Positions 54,115 through 63,439 of a stretch of 64,000 bases of DNA are shown piece after piece. The notes below the pieces were generated by a model. The model searched no databases. It was not told where the DNA came from and saw only the letters and a program-made list of their open reading frames with translations. Within the stretch, counting starts at the first letter, position 1. The number at the start of each line of letters is the position of its first letter. A program made the translations under genes and the position numbers. This DNA is from Pseudomonadales bacterium (GTDB lineage Bacteria; Pseudomonadota; Gammaproteobacteria; Pseudomonadales; JAHRWD01), in NCBI GenBank assembly GCA_019090315.1, contig JAHRWD010000087.1, forward strand, positions 35,925-99,924. The letters are read 5' to 3'.

Positions 54115-54839
54115 TAATACATTCCACCATTTACAGAAATCACCTGCCGGGTAATATAGGCGGCGCTTTCTGACATTAGAAAACCAACCACGCCAACAAC
54201 CTCTTCAACGGTTCCTGAGCGCTGCATCGGCACCAGTTTTAGTGCCTCATCAAGATGTACACCTTCCATCATGTCAGTATCGATTAACCCCGGTGCCACA
54301 CAATTTACTGTAATTTTTCGTTTGGCCAACTCAACCGCCAGCGCTTTGCTTGCACCAATAATACCGGCCTTAGCGGCACTATAGCTAACCTGCCCACGAT
54401 TACCGGTTTCACCTGAAACCGAGGACATGGTTACAATTCGACACGGTTTGCGACGTCGGATCATCGGCATGATGACAGGGTTCAACACATTATAGAACCC
54501 ATCCAAATTAGTACCTATTACCAGGTCCCACTCTTCACCGGGGATAGCGGGGAAAGCATTATCACGGGTCATTCCGGCATTACAGACCACACCATAGTAG
54601 GCGCCGAACTCTTCGACATCTGCTTCAAGAATTTCTCGACATTTTTCTCGGTCTGAAATATCAAACTGCAATACCCGAACCTCACGGCCCAATTCTTTGA
54701 TCTGATCCGCAACCCGATCGGCCTGGTCTCGGTTATTACAACAGTGCAAAACCAGATCATAACCTTGCTCCGCCAAATGTAATGCGATCCCCTTGCCGAT
54801 TCCGCGGCTGGATCCGGTCACCAAAACCGTACCGTTCAT
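54114..54839 (-). CDS. 3-oxoacyl-ACP reductase (FabG-like SDR)
   Basis: VLVTGSSRGIGKGIA cofactor motif and catalytic YSAAKAG. Start and stop overlap the neighbouring genes. Confidence 0.9.
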   Translation of the reverse strand: MNGTVLVTGSSRGIGKGIALHLAEQGYDLVLHCCNNRDQADRVADQIKELGREVRVLQFDISDREKCREILEADVEEFGAYYGVVCNAGMTRDNAFPAIPGEEWDLVIGTNLDGFYNVLNPVIMPMIRRRKPCRIVTMSSVSGETGNRGQVSYSAAKAGIIGASKALAVELAKRKITVNCVAPGLIDTDMMEGVHLDEALKLVPMQRSGTVEEVVGVVGFLMSESAAYITRQVISVNGGMY

Positions 54840-55288
54840 TCACTCGATTCCTGTAAAAATTTAGCCGCATCATCGGGCTGAAAAACATTCAAACGGGCGG
54901 AGGCTTCCACGCCATCACCCTGCAAACTACACTGAAAAACATTCAGCCCAGCTTTGGTTTCCATTTCTCGCTCTACTCTCAAGCGAAGGGTTTGGCCTAC
55001 GGGAAAATACTCCTGCGAACAACTGTATCGCCGAGACCCCACCAGAAAGCCAAGTTTCGGTGGGCCATCGCTCAGGCGTTCCTGCAAGCCCGCAAAGGCT
55101 GCGATAGTCTGGGCCATATATTCTAATCCAACCCAGCCCGGAACACCCTGTTTTGCTAGAAACATTGAATGTTTGGTAATGGTGACTTCGGCCTGAAGCC
55201 ACTCTTCTCCATATTCAGTTACTCGATCCAGCAAACTCATCTTACCGGAATGGGGAACCAGCTCGGTTACGGCGTATAGGTTTTTCAT
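54836..55288 (-). CDS. Hot-dog fold 3-hydroxyacyl-ACP dehydratase (FabA/FabZ-like)
   Basis: 150 aa. VPHSGKMSLLDRV... and GLEYMAQTIAAF are typical of APE-cluster dehydratases. Sits between the KS and KR genes. Confidence 0.75.
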   Translation of the reverse strand: MKNLYAVTELVPHSGKMSLLDRVTEYGEEWLQAEVTITKHSMFLAKQGVPGWVGLEYMAQTIAAFAGLQERLSDGPPKLGFLVGSRRYSCSQEYFPVGQTLRLRVEREMETKAGLNVFQCSLQGDGVEASARLNVFQPDDAAKFLQESSE

Positions 55289-56517
55289 TGAAGGCGTTCC
55301 AGCAGCAGCGAGATATTATTTCCGCCAAAGGCATAGGAGTTACTCAACACATACTGTACCGGTTTCTCAATTCGGCTTTCCGGGGAGACGAGGTTGATCG
55401 CAGGCAAATCCGAATCCGCAACACCATCCCACAGATGCACTGGCAACAGTGGGAGTGCTTCGCTACTTTCATCTGGACTGTTTAATTCTGCACTGCTTCC
55501 TGCATCACTATTCAGCATCAACCAACAGATCCCTGCTTCAACCGCACCCGCTGCACCCAGGGTGTGGCCGATAAAGGGTTTGGTTGAGCTACAGAGAGTT
55601 TCTGTACCAAACACTTCGTTCATCGCCAGTGCTTCCATCTGGTCATTCAGGCCGGTAGCGGTGCCGTGCAGATTTACATAATCCACTTGTTCCGGCATAA
55701 CATCCGCATCCTTCAGTGCAGCGGACATACATCTAACCGCACCAGCACCGGTTGGGTCGGGAGCGGAAATATGGTGAGCATCGGAGCTTTCGCCAACCCC
55801 CGCCAGTACAACGCCCCGGGGTTCGGAGCTGACAAGAAACAGCGCTGCGCCTTCGCCAATATTGATGCCGTTTCTGTTTGCGCTAAAGGGGTTGCACTGT
55901 TGATCACTCACGGCTTCAAGGGAGCAAAAGCCCTTGACGGTGAGATGGCACAGGGTATCCACACCGCCGGCGATCACCGCATCACAAATCCCCGCCTGAA
56001 TCAGTCGTCTTGCGCTTGCCAATGCCTTGGCTCCGGATGAACAGGCGGTTGAAATACCGTAGGTCGGGCCTTGTACTGAAAGCACAGTTGCAACAAATTG
56101 TGCTGTTGCCCCCATCTCCTGCACCGCATAATCATATTCCGCTGGCACCTCTCCAGTTTCAGCCCACTGTTTAATCGCTGGCTCACCCTCGGCAATTCCG
56201 GAGGTACTGGTGCCAATAATGACCCCGACCCTGTCGGCACCATATTTGGCAATGGCGGCTGAAACATCTTCTTCAATCTGCGCTAGCACGGCCAAAGCAA
56301 ACTGGTTGTTACGGCTTTGCCATTTTCTATCGGCAAGTGGATTTTCTGGCAACTCGCCCCTGTACAAACCAAGGGGCAATGGGCGACCGGTACTGAATGC
56401 ATCCGTCGGAGTAAGAGATGCCTTCTGCGATAACAAAGTGGCTTTCACCGTTTCTGCTGAATCACCTGCGGCACAAAGAATACCCATCGCATTCAGGTAG
56501 CATTTGGTTGTGCTCAT
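55285..56517 (-). CDS. Beta-ketoacyl-ACP synthase (second KS)
   Basis: Active-site STACSSGAKALA. His motifs LHGTATGLND and IGHTLGAAG. Confidence 0.88.
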   Translation of the reverse strand: MSTTKCYLNAMGILCAAGDSAETVKATLLSQKASLTPTDAFSTGRPLPLGLYRGELPENPLADRKWQSRNNQFALAVLAQIEEDVSAAIAKYGADRVGVIIGTSTSGIAEGEPAIKQWAETGEVPAEYDYAVQEMGATAQFVATVLSVQGPTYGISTACSSGAKALASARRLIQAGICDAVIAGGVDTLCHLTVKGFCSLEAVSDQQCNPFSANRNGINIGEGAALFLVSSEPRGVVLAGVGESSDAHHISAPDPTGAGAVRCMSAALKDADVMPEQVDYVNLHGTATGLNDQMEALAMNEVFGTETLCSSTKPFIGHTLGAAGAVEAGICWLMLNSDAGSSAELNSPDESSEALPLLPVHLWDGVADSDLPAINLVSPESRIEKPVQYVLSNSYAFGGNNISLLLERLQ

Positions 56518-57092
56518 AACTCAGTTTTCTCAAGTGTTTTGATCAAAATTCGATAGTGTCCGGTATGATTTTCAATAGCCAGATCATCACCTGAATATTG
56601 GACATCCAGCAGTTTGTCTCCGCCTTTTTCAAGCACTCTTTGTGTCGGCGAAAACACTACATTCCAATCGCTATTTCCAGGGTAGTACTGACGGACAGCG
56701 GTTTCTGGCCACAGGGAAAACTGCATAATCGTCAATATCTCCTGACCCGGAATATCAGCGTAGGAGCTGTTTTCCTGAATCAGTGTTTCACCGTCATAAT
56801 CCAGCGAGAACAGTTGTTGCCCAGTTGGCAGCAAACCCACCATCTGCACGCGCTCTTTAGTGATGCGCACCACTCCGATAAAACGCTGCTGATCGCCTCT
56901 GGCTTCCATCGTGACCACTTGCTTCAACAGTACCGGAGCCGGACCCTGCTCCGGCGGCAGCAGTCTAAATGCTACCGGTATCGGTTTTTCTACTCCATTA
57001 TTTCCAGCGGATGGTGCTTGTGAAAATAAAGAACATCCCGAAATAGTCAACAGGATTAACCAGAGCGCAAAAAACCGACTCATCCGCGACAA
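56514..57092 (-). CDS. DUF3261-like lipoprotein
   Basis: Lipobox LTISGCS. Sits in the conserved position between the exporter/oxidoreductase genes and the KS in APE-type clusters. Confidence 0.6.
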   Translation of the reverse strand: MSRMSRFFALWLILLTISGCSLFSQAPSAGNNGVEKPIPVAFRLLPPEQGPAPVLLKQVVTMEARGDQQRFIGVVRITKERVQMVGLLPTGQQLFSLDYDGETLIQENSSYADIPGQEILTIMQFSLWPETAVRQYYPGNSDWNVVFSPTQRVLEKGGDKLLDVQYSGDDLAIENHTGHYRILIKTLEKTEL

Positions 57093-58312
57093 ATTTCAGC
57101 CAGTGTATTTAAGCGGGATGGTTTATCAACATAGGGGTTTTTCTGATCCCAGGCATAGCCCGCCAAAATAGAGCTAATCATACCGGTCACATTCTCATTC
57201 TTGATATCGGAAAAAGCGATATCCTGAAAACGTTCGTCGTACCAACCCTCGACAAACTCCCTAAAGGTATCCACTCCAACCATCAGCGGCGCAGCATATT
57301 CTACATCCCAATCCGGCTGCAATCCGGACAGTTGTCTATCCACCGCAGCAGCCGCAAGACTGGCAGATTTCAAGGCAATTGTAACGCCCGAAGAAAAGAC
57401 CGGATCAAGAAATTCCCCAGCATTGCCCAATAGCGCAAAACCATCGCCGTACAGTTGTTTCACCCTGCAGGAGTAACCGCCTGTTTCCAGAACATCGGTA
57501 TCGAATTTTGCATTTTTCAATATCTCGTTCATCAAGCCACTCTCGGCAACCAACCCCTTTAACTTACTTTCACGGTCACGGGAATCACCAGAAAAAAAGC
57601 CCTCCGGAACCACCGCGCCGATTGAAGAGCGGCCATTACTGAATGGAATCAACCAGTACCAGACATCACGATGCCCGGGGTGCTCCGTAGCCAGAATTTT
57701 CTCCCGGTCATGTCGCTCATCAGTAATATTGTCTTCAACATGGGTAAAGAATGAGGTTCTAACTGCGAGTTCAGATGGTAAGTTTAGATCCAGCAAACGC
57801 GGCAGGACCCGACCAAACCCACTAGCATCCAAAGCAAATTTTGCGCTGATATCGTAGCTCTCGCCCTGATCAGTCTGGACGGATAACTGAACCTTGTCTG
57901 GCCCTGGCTCAAAGGCGGTCACCATATGCCCATAGCATATCGTCACTCCCTGTTTTTCGGCCTGATCCGCAAGGATTTTGTCAAAACGGTCTCGCTGTAC
58001 CTGAAAAGTAGTACCCCAACCTTCAGAGAATTTCTCCCTAAAATCGAAAAAATTGTATTGATCGCCATAGGCAAAGGCAGCCCCATTTTTGTGTTGAAAC
58101 GCGGCCTCTTGAACCGCCTCTAACATATCGGCCTGCTCCAGAAAGGTCATGCATTGGGGCAACAAACTTTCACCAATTGAAAAACGCGGAAAATGCTCCT
58201 TTTCCACAACCAGCACATTGTAGCCCTGCTTGTTTAGCAGCGCCGATGCCACCGCACCGGAAGGCCCGGCACCGATGACGATGATATCGAATGGCCCTTT
58301 AGGCGTACTCAT
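57080..58312 (-). CDS. FAD-dependent halogenase-like oxidoreductase
   Basis: GxGxxG motif (IIVIGAGPSGAVAS), FPRFSIGESLLP, and an exact WxWxIP motif (DVWYWLIPF) characteristic of flavin-dependent halogenases. Confidence 0.7.
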   Translation of the reverse strand: MSTPKGPFDIIVIGAGPSGAVASALLNKQGYNVLVVEKEHFPRFSIGESLLPQCMTFLEQADMLEAVQEAAFQHKNGAAFAYGDQYNFFDFREKFSEGWGTTFQVQRDRFDKILADQAEKQGVTICYGHMVTAFEPGPDKVQLSVQTDQGESYDISAKFALDASGFGRVLPRLLDLNLPSELAVRTSFFTHVEDNITDERHDREKILATEHPGHRDVWYWLIPFSNGRSSIGAVVPEGFFSGDSRDRESKLKGLVAESGLMNEILKNAKFDTDVLETGGYSCRVKQLYGDGFALLGNAGEFLDPVFSSGVTIALKSASLAAAAVDRQLSGLQPDWDVEYAAPLMVGVDTFREFVEGWYDERFQDIAFSDIKNENVTGMISSILAGYAWDQKNPYVDKPSRLNTLAEICRG

Positions 58313-58336
58313 GATCGAACATCTCCAGAATTAGTA

Positions 58337-60658
58337 TTACGCCAAATTTGTATTGCGCATTAGCGGCGCTAACAGCCACACAAAGATTAAACCAATTAGT
58401 ACGGTTAAACCAAAATGATGTAAAACCGGTGTATCACTCAATGCCAACAAACCAAATGCCAGCAGGCTGGTGACGGTCGAGAGCGACACCGCTAACCAGG
58501 TATATGCGCTTTCGTTGGTTTCGGAAAGAAATATGCCCATATCTAACCCTATTCCCAACACCAGAATCAATGCAAGAAAATGAAATAGATTGAGCCCACC
58601 TTCAATCTGAACCAGCATCGCTAAGGTGAAGACCGACGCTAAAACCGGTGGTGCCATCACTCGCCACACCTGGCGTTTATACCGAATCAACAGAACCAGA
58701 AAAACAACCAGATAGGCCAGCAAAACCCACTGAATGATACGGTAACGATAGGTCTCCATAAGATCCGAAATCATCTGAACTTGATCAACATAGAGTACAT
58801 CCGGCTCGGTACCGGATAGCGCTATCAGCTTTTGCCGTAGCTCATCATTGATCTTACCGCTAAACCGAATAACGGTTGCCGCCTCAGTCTCGTCAATCAT
58901 CACCAACAGGTTTTTCCAGCTTTCACTGCTGCGTTGTTGCTGCCATATCTCAGGGCTCAATAGATCTGTTTGCTGGATCAGGGCTAATTGCGCTTTTTCG
59001 AGCGTACCGGCTGGCATCTTCAACACATTATAAAACGTAGCCAACTGATGTTGATACAGGCTCTCGATCAAACCAATATTCTGTTGTTGCCGATTGAGTG
59101 AGGGCAATACGGTTGTCAGGGCCTGATAGTCCTCCAGCAGGCCATCTGATTTAAGCTGATCGAGACCAGCGATTAAGCGCTGCTCTTTTTGCAGAGATTG
59201 CTCTACCGAAGTTCCGGACACCAGCATGTACTGCACACTGCTATTGATACCCAGCGCATTGCGAACCCGCTCCTCCTCTTTCAACAGGCTGGTGGGCGAA
59301 GTTTGCAACAACCGGACATCATCCAGGCTGACACTATTCCACAACAGGAAAATCGATAGCACAAACGCACCTGCCAACAAACTCATTATCGGTACATTCC
59401 GGTTAAGTAACGGAAAGCTGTCCCGAAGCCTTTTTAGTTTTTCTGCACTGACGAGGCGACTCTGACTATATTGAGTGGTCAGCAGCGGAAACCAGAGAAT
59501 TACCGTTAACCAAGAGGAGACCAATCCCGCCACGGAAAACAGGGCCATCTGCTGCAAACCGGGAAACGGTGATAGCGCCTGCGCGGCGTAAGCGATGGTG
59601 CTTGAGAACAGTGCCAACAGCAAACCCGGCAGTAACCTGCGCAGAATTTGATTCGATGATGTGGCATGGCGTTCACATATAAAATGCAGTGAATAATCGA
59701 TGGAAACCCCCACCAGCCCAGCGCCGAAAGCAAAGGTCACCAGATGAACTCGATCGAACACCAGCATGGTCACTGCCGCTGCTGTCACGCACCCCGCGGA
59801 TACGCTCAACAGCATCAACAACATGGGTGTGACCCGCCTGAAAACCAGCAACATGATGACCACAATCCCCAGCAATGATCCAACCCCAATGGTCGATATT
59901 TCACTGGTTGCCTGGCGTGCGCCCGCTGCGGCGTGCAGCAACATTCCCGACATATCAAGGGTTACTCCCGATGCATCGAGAATCTTCTTCTGTTCCGCGA
60001 TAAGGCCCAGCACCCGCTCCTGTACCGCCGGCGAATAGGATTTACCGGCAAGGGAAACGATCAATATGTAGGTTGGTCGATCGGTGGTAGTTACTTTTAT
60101 TAACGAGTCGGAAATCTGAACATTAAGGCCAACCTGGCGATTCATCGAAAGCGTTGAAAAAAGCCCGAAGGGATCCTCCACGATAGAGATCTCACCGGTT
60201 GGCATAGGGCTGTACAAACGGAACAATGCCCTGTTCATTACCGCTTCATAATCACCCGCCAGCAGCGATGAACGAATCTGTTCATCAAGAATGGCAAACC
60301 GATAGGGAAATAGCTCTGCTTTTAGGCTGGCGAGTTCTGTGCCATCTGACTGCCACAGCACGTTGGCAATATCCTGTGCAACCGGCGCATCCGGGTTCGA
60401 CAGAGCCGTGGCTAGAGAGCGAACCGCATTACGAACCTCTTTGTCACTCTCTCCAGACAGCATCATGATGAGCTTGCTGGAAAAACCTTCTGCCATTTTC
60501 TGCGTTACCTTCTGCACAATCGGTTGCTGATCAGAGATCGGCAGAAGGGTCATAATGTCAGAGTCGAATGAGGGTTGTTTTTTTACCGCCAAAAATACAA
60601 TGGCGATTACCAATAGCAACCAACCAATAGCCCAGATATGAGAAGACGATCGATGCAT
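58337..60658 (-). CDS. MMPL/RND-superfamily exporter
   Basis: 773 aa. Two bundles of about six TM helices are separated by soluble loops, in the position typical of the APE-cluster exporter. Confidence 0.8.
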   Translation of the reverse strand: MHRSSSHIWAIGWLLLVIAIVFLAVKKQPSFDSDIMTLLPISDQQPIVQKVTQKMAEGFSSKLIMMLSGESDKEVRNAVRSLATALSNPDAPVAQDIANVLWQSDGTELASLKAELFPYRFAILDEQIRSSLLAGDYEAVMNRALFRLYSPMPTGEISIVEDPFGLFSTLSMNRQVGLNVQISDSLIKVTTTDRPTYILIVSLAGKSYSPAVQERVLGLIAEQKKILDASGVTLDMSGMLLHAAAGARQATSEISTIGVGSLLGIVVIMLLVFRRVTPMLLMLLSVSAGCVTAAAVTMLVFDRVHLVTFAFGAGLVGVSIDYSLHFICERHATSSNQILRRLLPGLLLALFSSTIAYAAQALSPFPGLQQMALFSVAGLVSSWLTVILWFPLLTTQYSQSRLVSAEKLKRLRDSFPLLNRNVPIMSLLAGAFVLSIFLLWNSVSLDDVRLLQTSPTSLLKEEERVRNALGINSSVQYMLVSGTSVEQSLQKEQRLIAGLDQLKSDGLLEDYQALTTVLPSLNRQQQNIGLIESLYQHQLATFYNVLKMPAGTLEKAQLALIQQTDLLSPEIWQQQRSSESWKNLLVMIDETEAATVIRFSGKINDELRQKLIALSGTEPDVLYVDQVQMISDLMETYRYRIIQWVLLAYLVVFLVLLIRYKRQVWRVMAPPVLASVFTLAMLVQIEGGLNLFHFLALILVLGIGLDMGIFLSETNESAYTWLAVSLSTVTSLLAFGLLALSDTPVLHHFGLTVLIGLIFVWLLAPLMRNTNLA

Positions 60659-60678
60659 TAAAAAGTCTGATTCCGCTA

Positions 60679-61260
60679 TTACCGGCTATCGCTGGCACTG
60701 GTGACTAAATCACTAAAATGAATAGTGGTTCGATTACCCTCTTTTTCATGCAAAATGATGGTGCGCATGAATCGGTCGCCTTTTAGCTCTACACGATTAA
60801 CGACCTGTAGAATGGTGTTATCCAAAGGGATCAACTCTACCTGCCAATACTCTTTTTCAATAGCCGCATCGATAATCTGAAAATACTGCGCCAGGTTTTC
60901 CCACTCTGCGGTTAATACCGAAAAAAATATTTTATTCAGAATTGCGACAACCGGGTTATCCCCCGATTTCATCCGAAACAGTTCCTGATCATCCTGCCGG
61001 GATACCATTTCAGTCGGCGTCATTAGAAATTCACTTTCGATCGGCTCTAGCGTTTGCCAGCGTACAGACACCTTGCGCTGATAACTAAATGTTCCGGTTG
61101 AAGTCAGTGTGGCATCCAGTGCATTCAGATATTTGTCCTGGGTAAAATTCCCCCTGAGATCTCCGGTGGTCGTGGTGATCTGTTTAAGTTGATCAAATGA
61201 AACGGCCGCAAAACAGTTTGCAGATAGCAATAATAACAGTGAAACAAAGCATCTGATCAC
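60679..61260 (-). CDS. LolA-like outer-membrane lipoprotein carrier protein
   Basis: Signal peptide (SLLLLLSANCFAA). GNFTQDKYLNALD... is the typical LolA-family opening motif. Confidence 0.7.
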   Translation of the reverse strand: MIRCFVSLLLLLSANCFAAVSFDQLKQITTTTGDLRGNFTQDKYLNALDATLTSTGTFSYQRKVSVRWQTLEPIESEFLMTPTEMVSRQDDQELFRMKSGDNPVVAILNKIFFSVLTAEWENLAQYFQIIDAAIEKEYWQVELIPLDNTILQVVNRVELKGDRFMRTIILHEKEGNRTTIHFSDLVTSASDSR

Positions 61261-61664
61261 CGTTTAATACCTAGCTTCTCGAAAAGAATATCCGGCGATT
61301 CAAATAACATCTCATTGGTTTTTAGGTCACAGGCTACCTGAACCGTATAACCTTTGGTTAAGCGTTTTCCGGATTCGACATCTTCAATTAGATAATCAAT
61401 TTTCAGCCTGTTTTCCCACTCTTTAAGTTTTGCGATTACCCGAATTTCCTGCTGAAACCGAACTGGTTGTGCATAACGAACACGTACATCGATGACTGGC
61501 CAAGCGTAGCCCGACTCATTCATTTGAATATAGTTGTAGCCAATTTCATCCAGTAGTTCACAACGAGCAATCTCGAAATACTTTACATAGAACCCATGCC
61601 AGACCACGCGCATGGAATCCACATCGTGAAAAGGAACTTTAATTACTGTTTCAGCGACTACCAC
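61257..61664 (-). CDS. Hot-dog acyl-CoA/ACP thioesterase (4HBT/YbgC-like)
   Basis: 135 aa. VPFHDVDSMRVVWHGFYVKYFEIARCELL matches the 4-hydroxybenzoyl-CoA thioesterase-type motif. Confidence 0.8.
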   Translation of the reverse strand: MVVAETVIKVPFHDVDSMRVVWHGFYVKYFEIARCELLDEIGYNYIQMNESGYAWPVIDVRVRYAQPVRFQQEIRVIAKLKEWENRLKIDYLIEDVESGKRLTKGYTVQVACDLKTNEMLFESPDILFEKLGIKR

Positions 61665-62619
61665 GTTCGAACTCCTGTGAAATTTCAGTATCAGTTGTAT
61701 TCCAAAAAGGGAAAAAATTAAACCATTGCAACGGCTCTTTTATACAATAGTATTCCAATCGATCTGCATACCTCTGAACGGCTTTGTCAATTTCAACCTT
61801 TCTGTCTTTTCTTTTACATTCCAATGATTCAGAAAAAAGTTCAGCAAACACGTGATATTTTTCCTGTTGTTTTAAACAGAAAATAAGATACACAGGGCAC
61901 TTCAACAGGCTGGCAATTATAAATGCTCCCTGGGGCATAGGTGCAGTATCTCCGAGGAAGGTAACATCGGAGATTCGACCATTATCTGAAACGGGTGTTC
62001 GATCGCCACTAATGATAATCAACTCACCACGCTCAATTCGATCCGCGAGGATCATGCCAGTAGCGGGCGACATGTCGGATACCTGCAATATATCAACCCC
62101 GGATCCATCATCACTCTTATCCACTACGGCGTTGTACCTTTCCGCATGCTGGGTATACACCAATAGTGTTAACCGTATACTTGGGAATTTTTGAATAAGC
62201 GCATTGCAGACTTCAATGTTGCCAAGGTGAGAAACAACAATAATTCCGCCTTTACCATGGGTTTCATCTCCCATTCTTTCAACAACGCTTGGTGTTTCGA
62301 ATATAACACTCCCCTGTCCCAACAACCCCTTCCATACCAGAAAGGTATCCAGAAGTTGATCACCAAAACTCATAAAATGGCGAAATGAGTTTAATTTCTT
62401 ATACTGACTTTCAGTCAGAAATGGTTTGATTTTGTTGAGGTATTGCTTTGATGCCTGACGCTCATCTTTTCGGACAAAATAGAAATAAACCATCACCGGT
62501 GTCAGAAACAACCTGAATACTGTCCGGCCGAAGAGTCGATAGCATAGTAGCAACAACTTCATGCCCAGCATCGACCCGGCTTCACCGACCTTTGACCAGT
62601 GTTTTTCTGAATCAGCCAT
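61651..62619 (-). CDS. Lysophospholipid/LpxL-type acyltransferase
   Basis: 322 aa with an N-terminal TM. The HLGNIE (HX4D/E-like) region is VVSHLGNIEVCNA. Sits in the APE-cluster position. Confidence 0.7.
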   Translation of the reverse strand: MADSEKHWSKVGEAGSMLGMKLLLLCYRLFGRTVFRLFLTPVMVYFYFVRKDERQASKQYLNKIKPFLTESQYKKLNSFRHFMSFGDQLLDTFLVWKGLLGQGSVIFETPSVVERMGDETHGKGGIIVVSHLGNIEVCNALIQKFPSIRLTLLVYTQHAERYNAVVDKSDDGSGVDILQVSDMSPATGMILADRIERGELIIISGDRTPVSDNGRISDVTFLGDTAPMPQGAFIIASLLKCPVYLIFCLKQQEKYHVFAELFSESLECKRKDRKVEIDKAVQRYADRLEYYCIKEPLQWFNFFPFWNTTDTEISQEFERGSR

Positions 62620-63439
62620 CTATTTTTTTCCAAACCAGTTTTGGAAGTCGCCACAACATACCAAAGAACAACCGAGTATGCATGAGTGATATATGCAGAT
62701 TGTCCCGCCAGAGATCAAAGTGAGAAACACCATCAAGCGGATAGCTGACTGCGGTCGGTAAATTGATAACCCCGCCACTATTCCAGACCCAACGTACAAT
62801 CACTTCGGTATCAAAACTCATTCGATCACCGCAGGGGTTTATCTGCAACATATTCACTATCGCGTTAAGTGGATAAACCCGGTAGCCACACATACTGTCA
62901 CGAACCGTAAATGAGATTGTATTGATCCAGACCCATACATGGGTCAGGTAACGTGCGAGATACCGGCTTTTCGGCACCGATTCATCATATATAGGATAAC
63001 CAGCGACAAGTGCCCCCGGGTTCTTTTGAGCTGTTTCAAGAAAGGCAGGCAAATCAGCAAGATCATGCTGGCCATCGGAATCAATCTGCACTGCATGGCT
63101 AAAGCCATCCGAATGCAATTTTCTGAATCCCGCCCGTACTGCAGCGCCTTTTCCAGAGTTACGTTCCAGCCTTAACAACTGGACCATATCGGAATGTTTT
63201 TCGGTCAGCACTATTAACAGGTCACGACAAACCGGATCGCTACCATCATCAACCAATAACACAGGGCAGTTGTGCTGAAGTGTTTCCTTCAGAGTAAGCT
63301 CAATCGCATTTTCATGATTGTAGACAGGAATGAGTACTGCTGGTTTAAAAGCTACCGGTTTAGACACTGCTGCTTTAAACATTGGCCGGCTACTCAAAAC
63401 AGACACGCCCGCTTGAATGAACCCCCGCATCCGACTCAT
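62612..63439 (-). CDS. Family 2 glycosyltransferase
   Basis: VLIPVYNHENAIELTL...VLLVDDGSD and QIDSDGQHD (DxD). An alternative start (MFKAAV, at 63382) would remove the 50-nt overlap with the upstream gene. Confidence 0.8.
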   Translation of the reverse strand: MSRMRGFIQAGVSVLSSRPMFKAAVSKPVAFKPAVLIPVYNHENAIELTLKETLQHNCPVLLVDDGSDPVCRDLLIVLTEKHSDMVQLLRLERNSGKGAAVRAGFRKLHSDGFSHAVQIDSDGQHDLADLPAFLETAQKNPGALVAGYPIYDESVPKSRYLARYLTHVWVWINTISFTVRDSMCGYRVYPLNAIVNMLQINPCGDRMSFDTEVIVRWVWNSGGVINLPTAVSYPLDGVSHFDLWRDNLHISLMHTRLFFGMLWRLPKLVWKKIDG

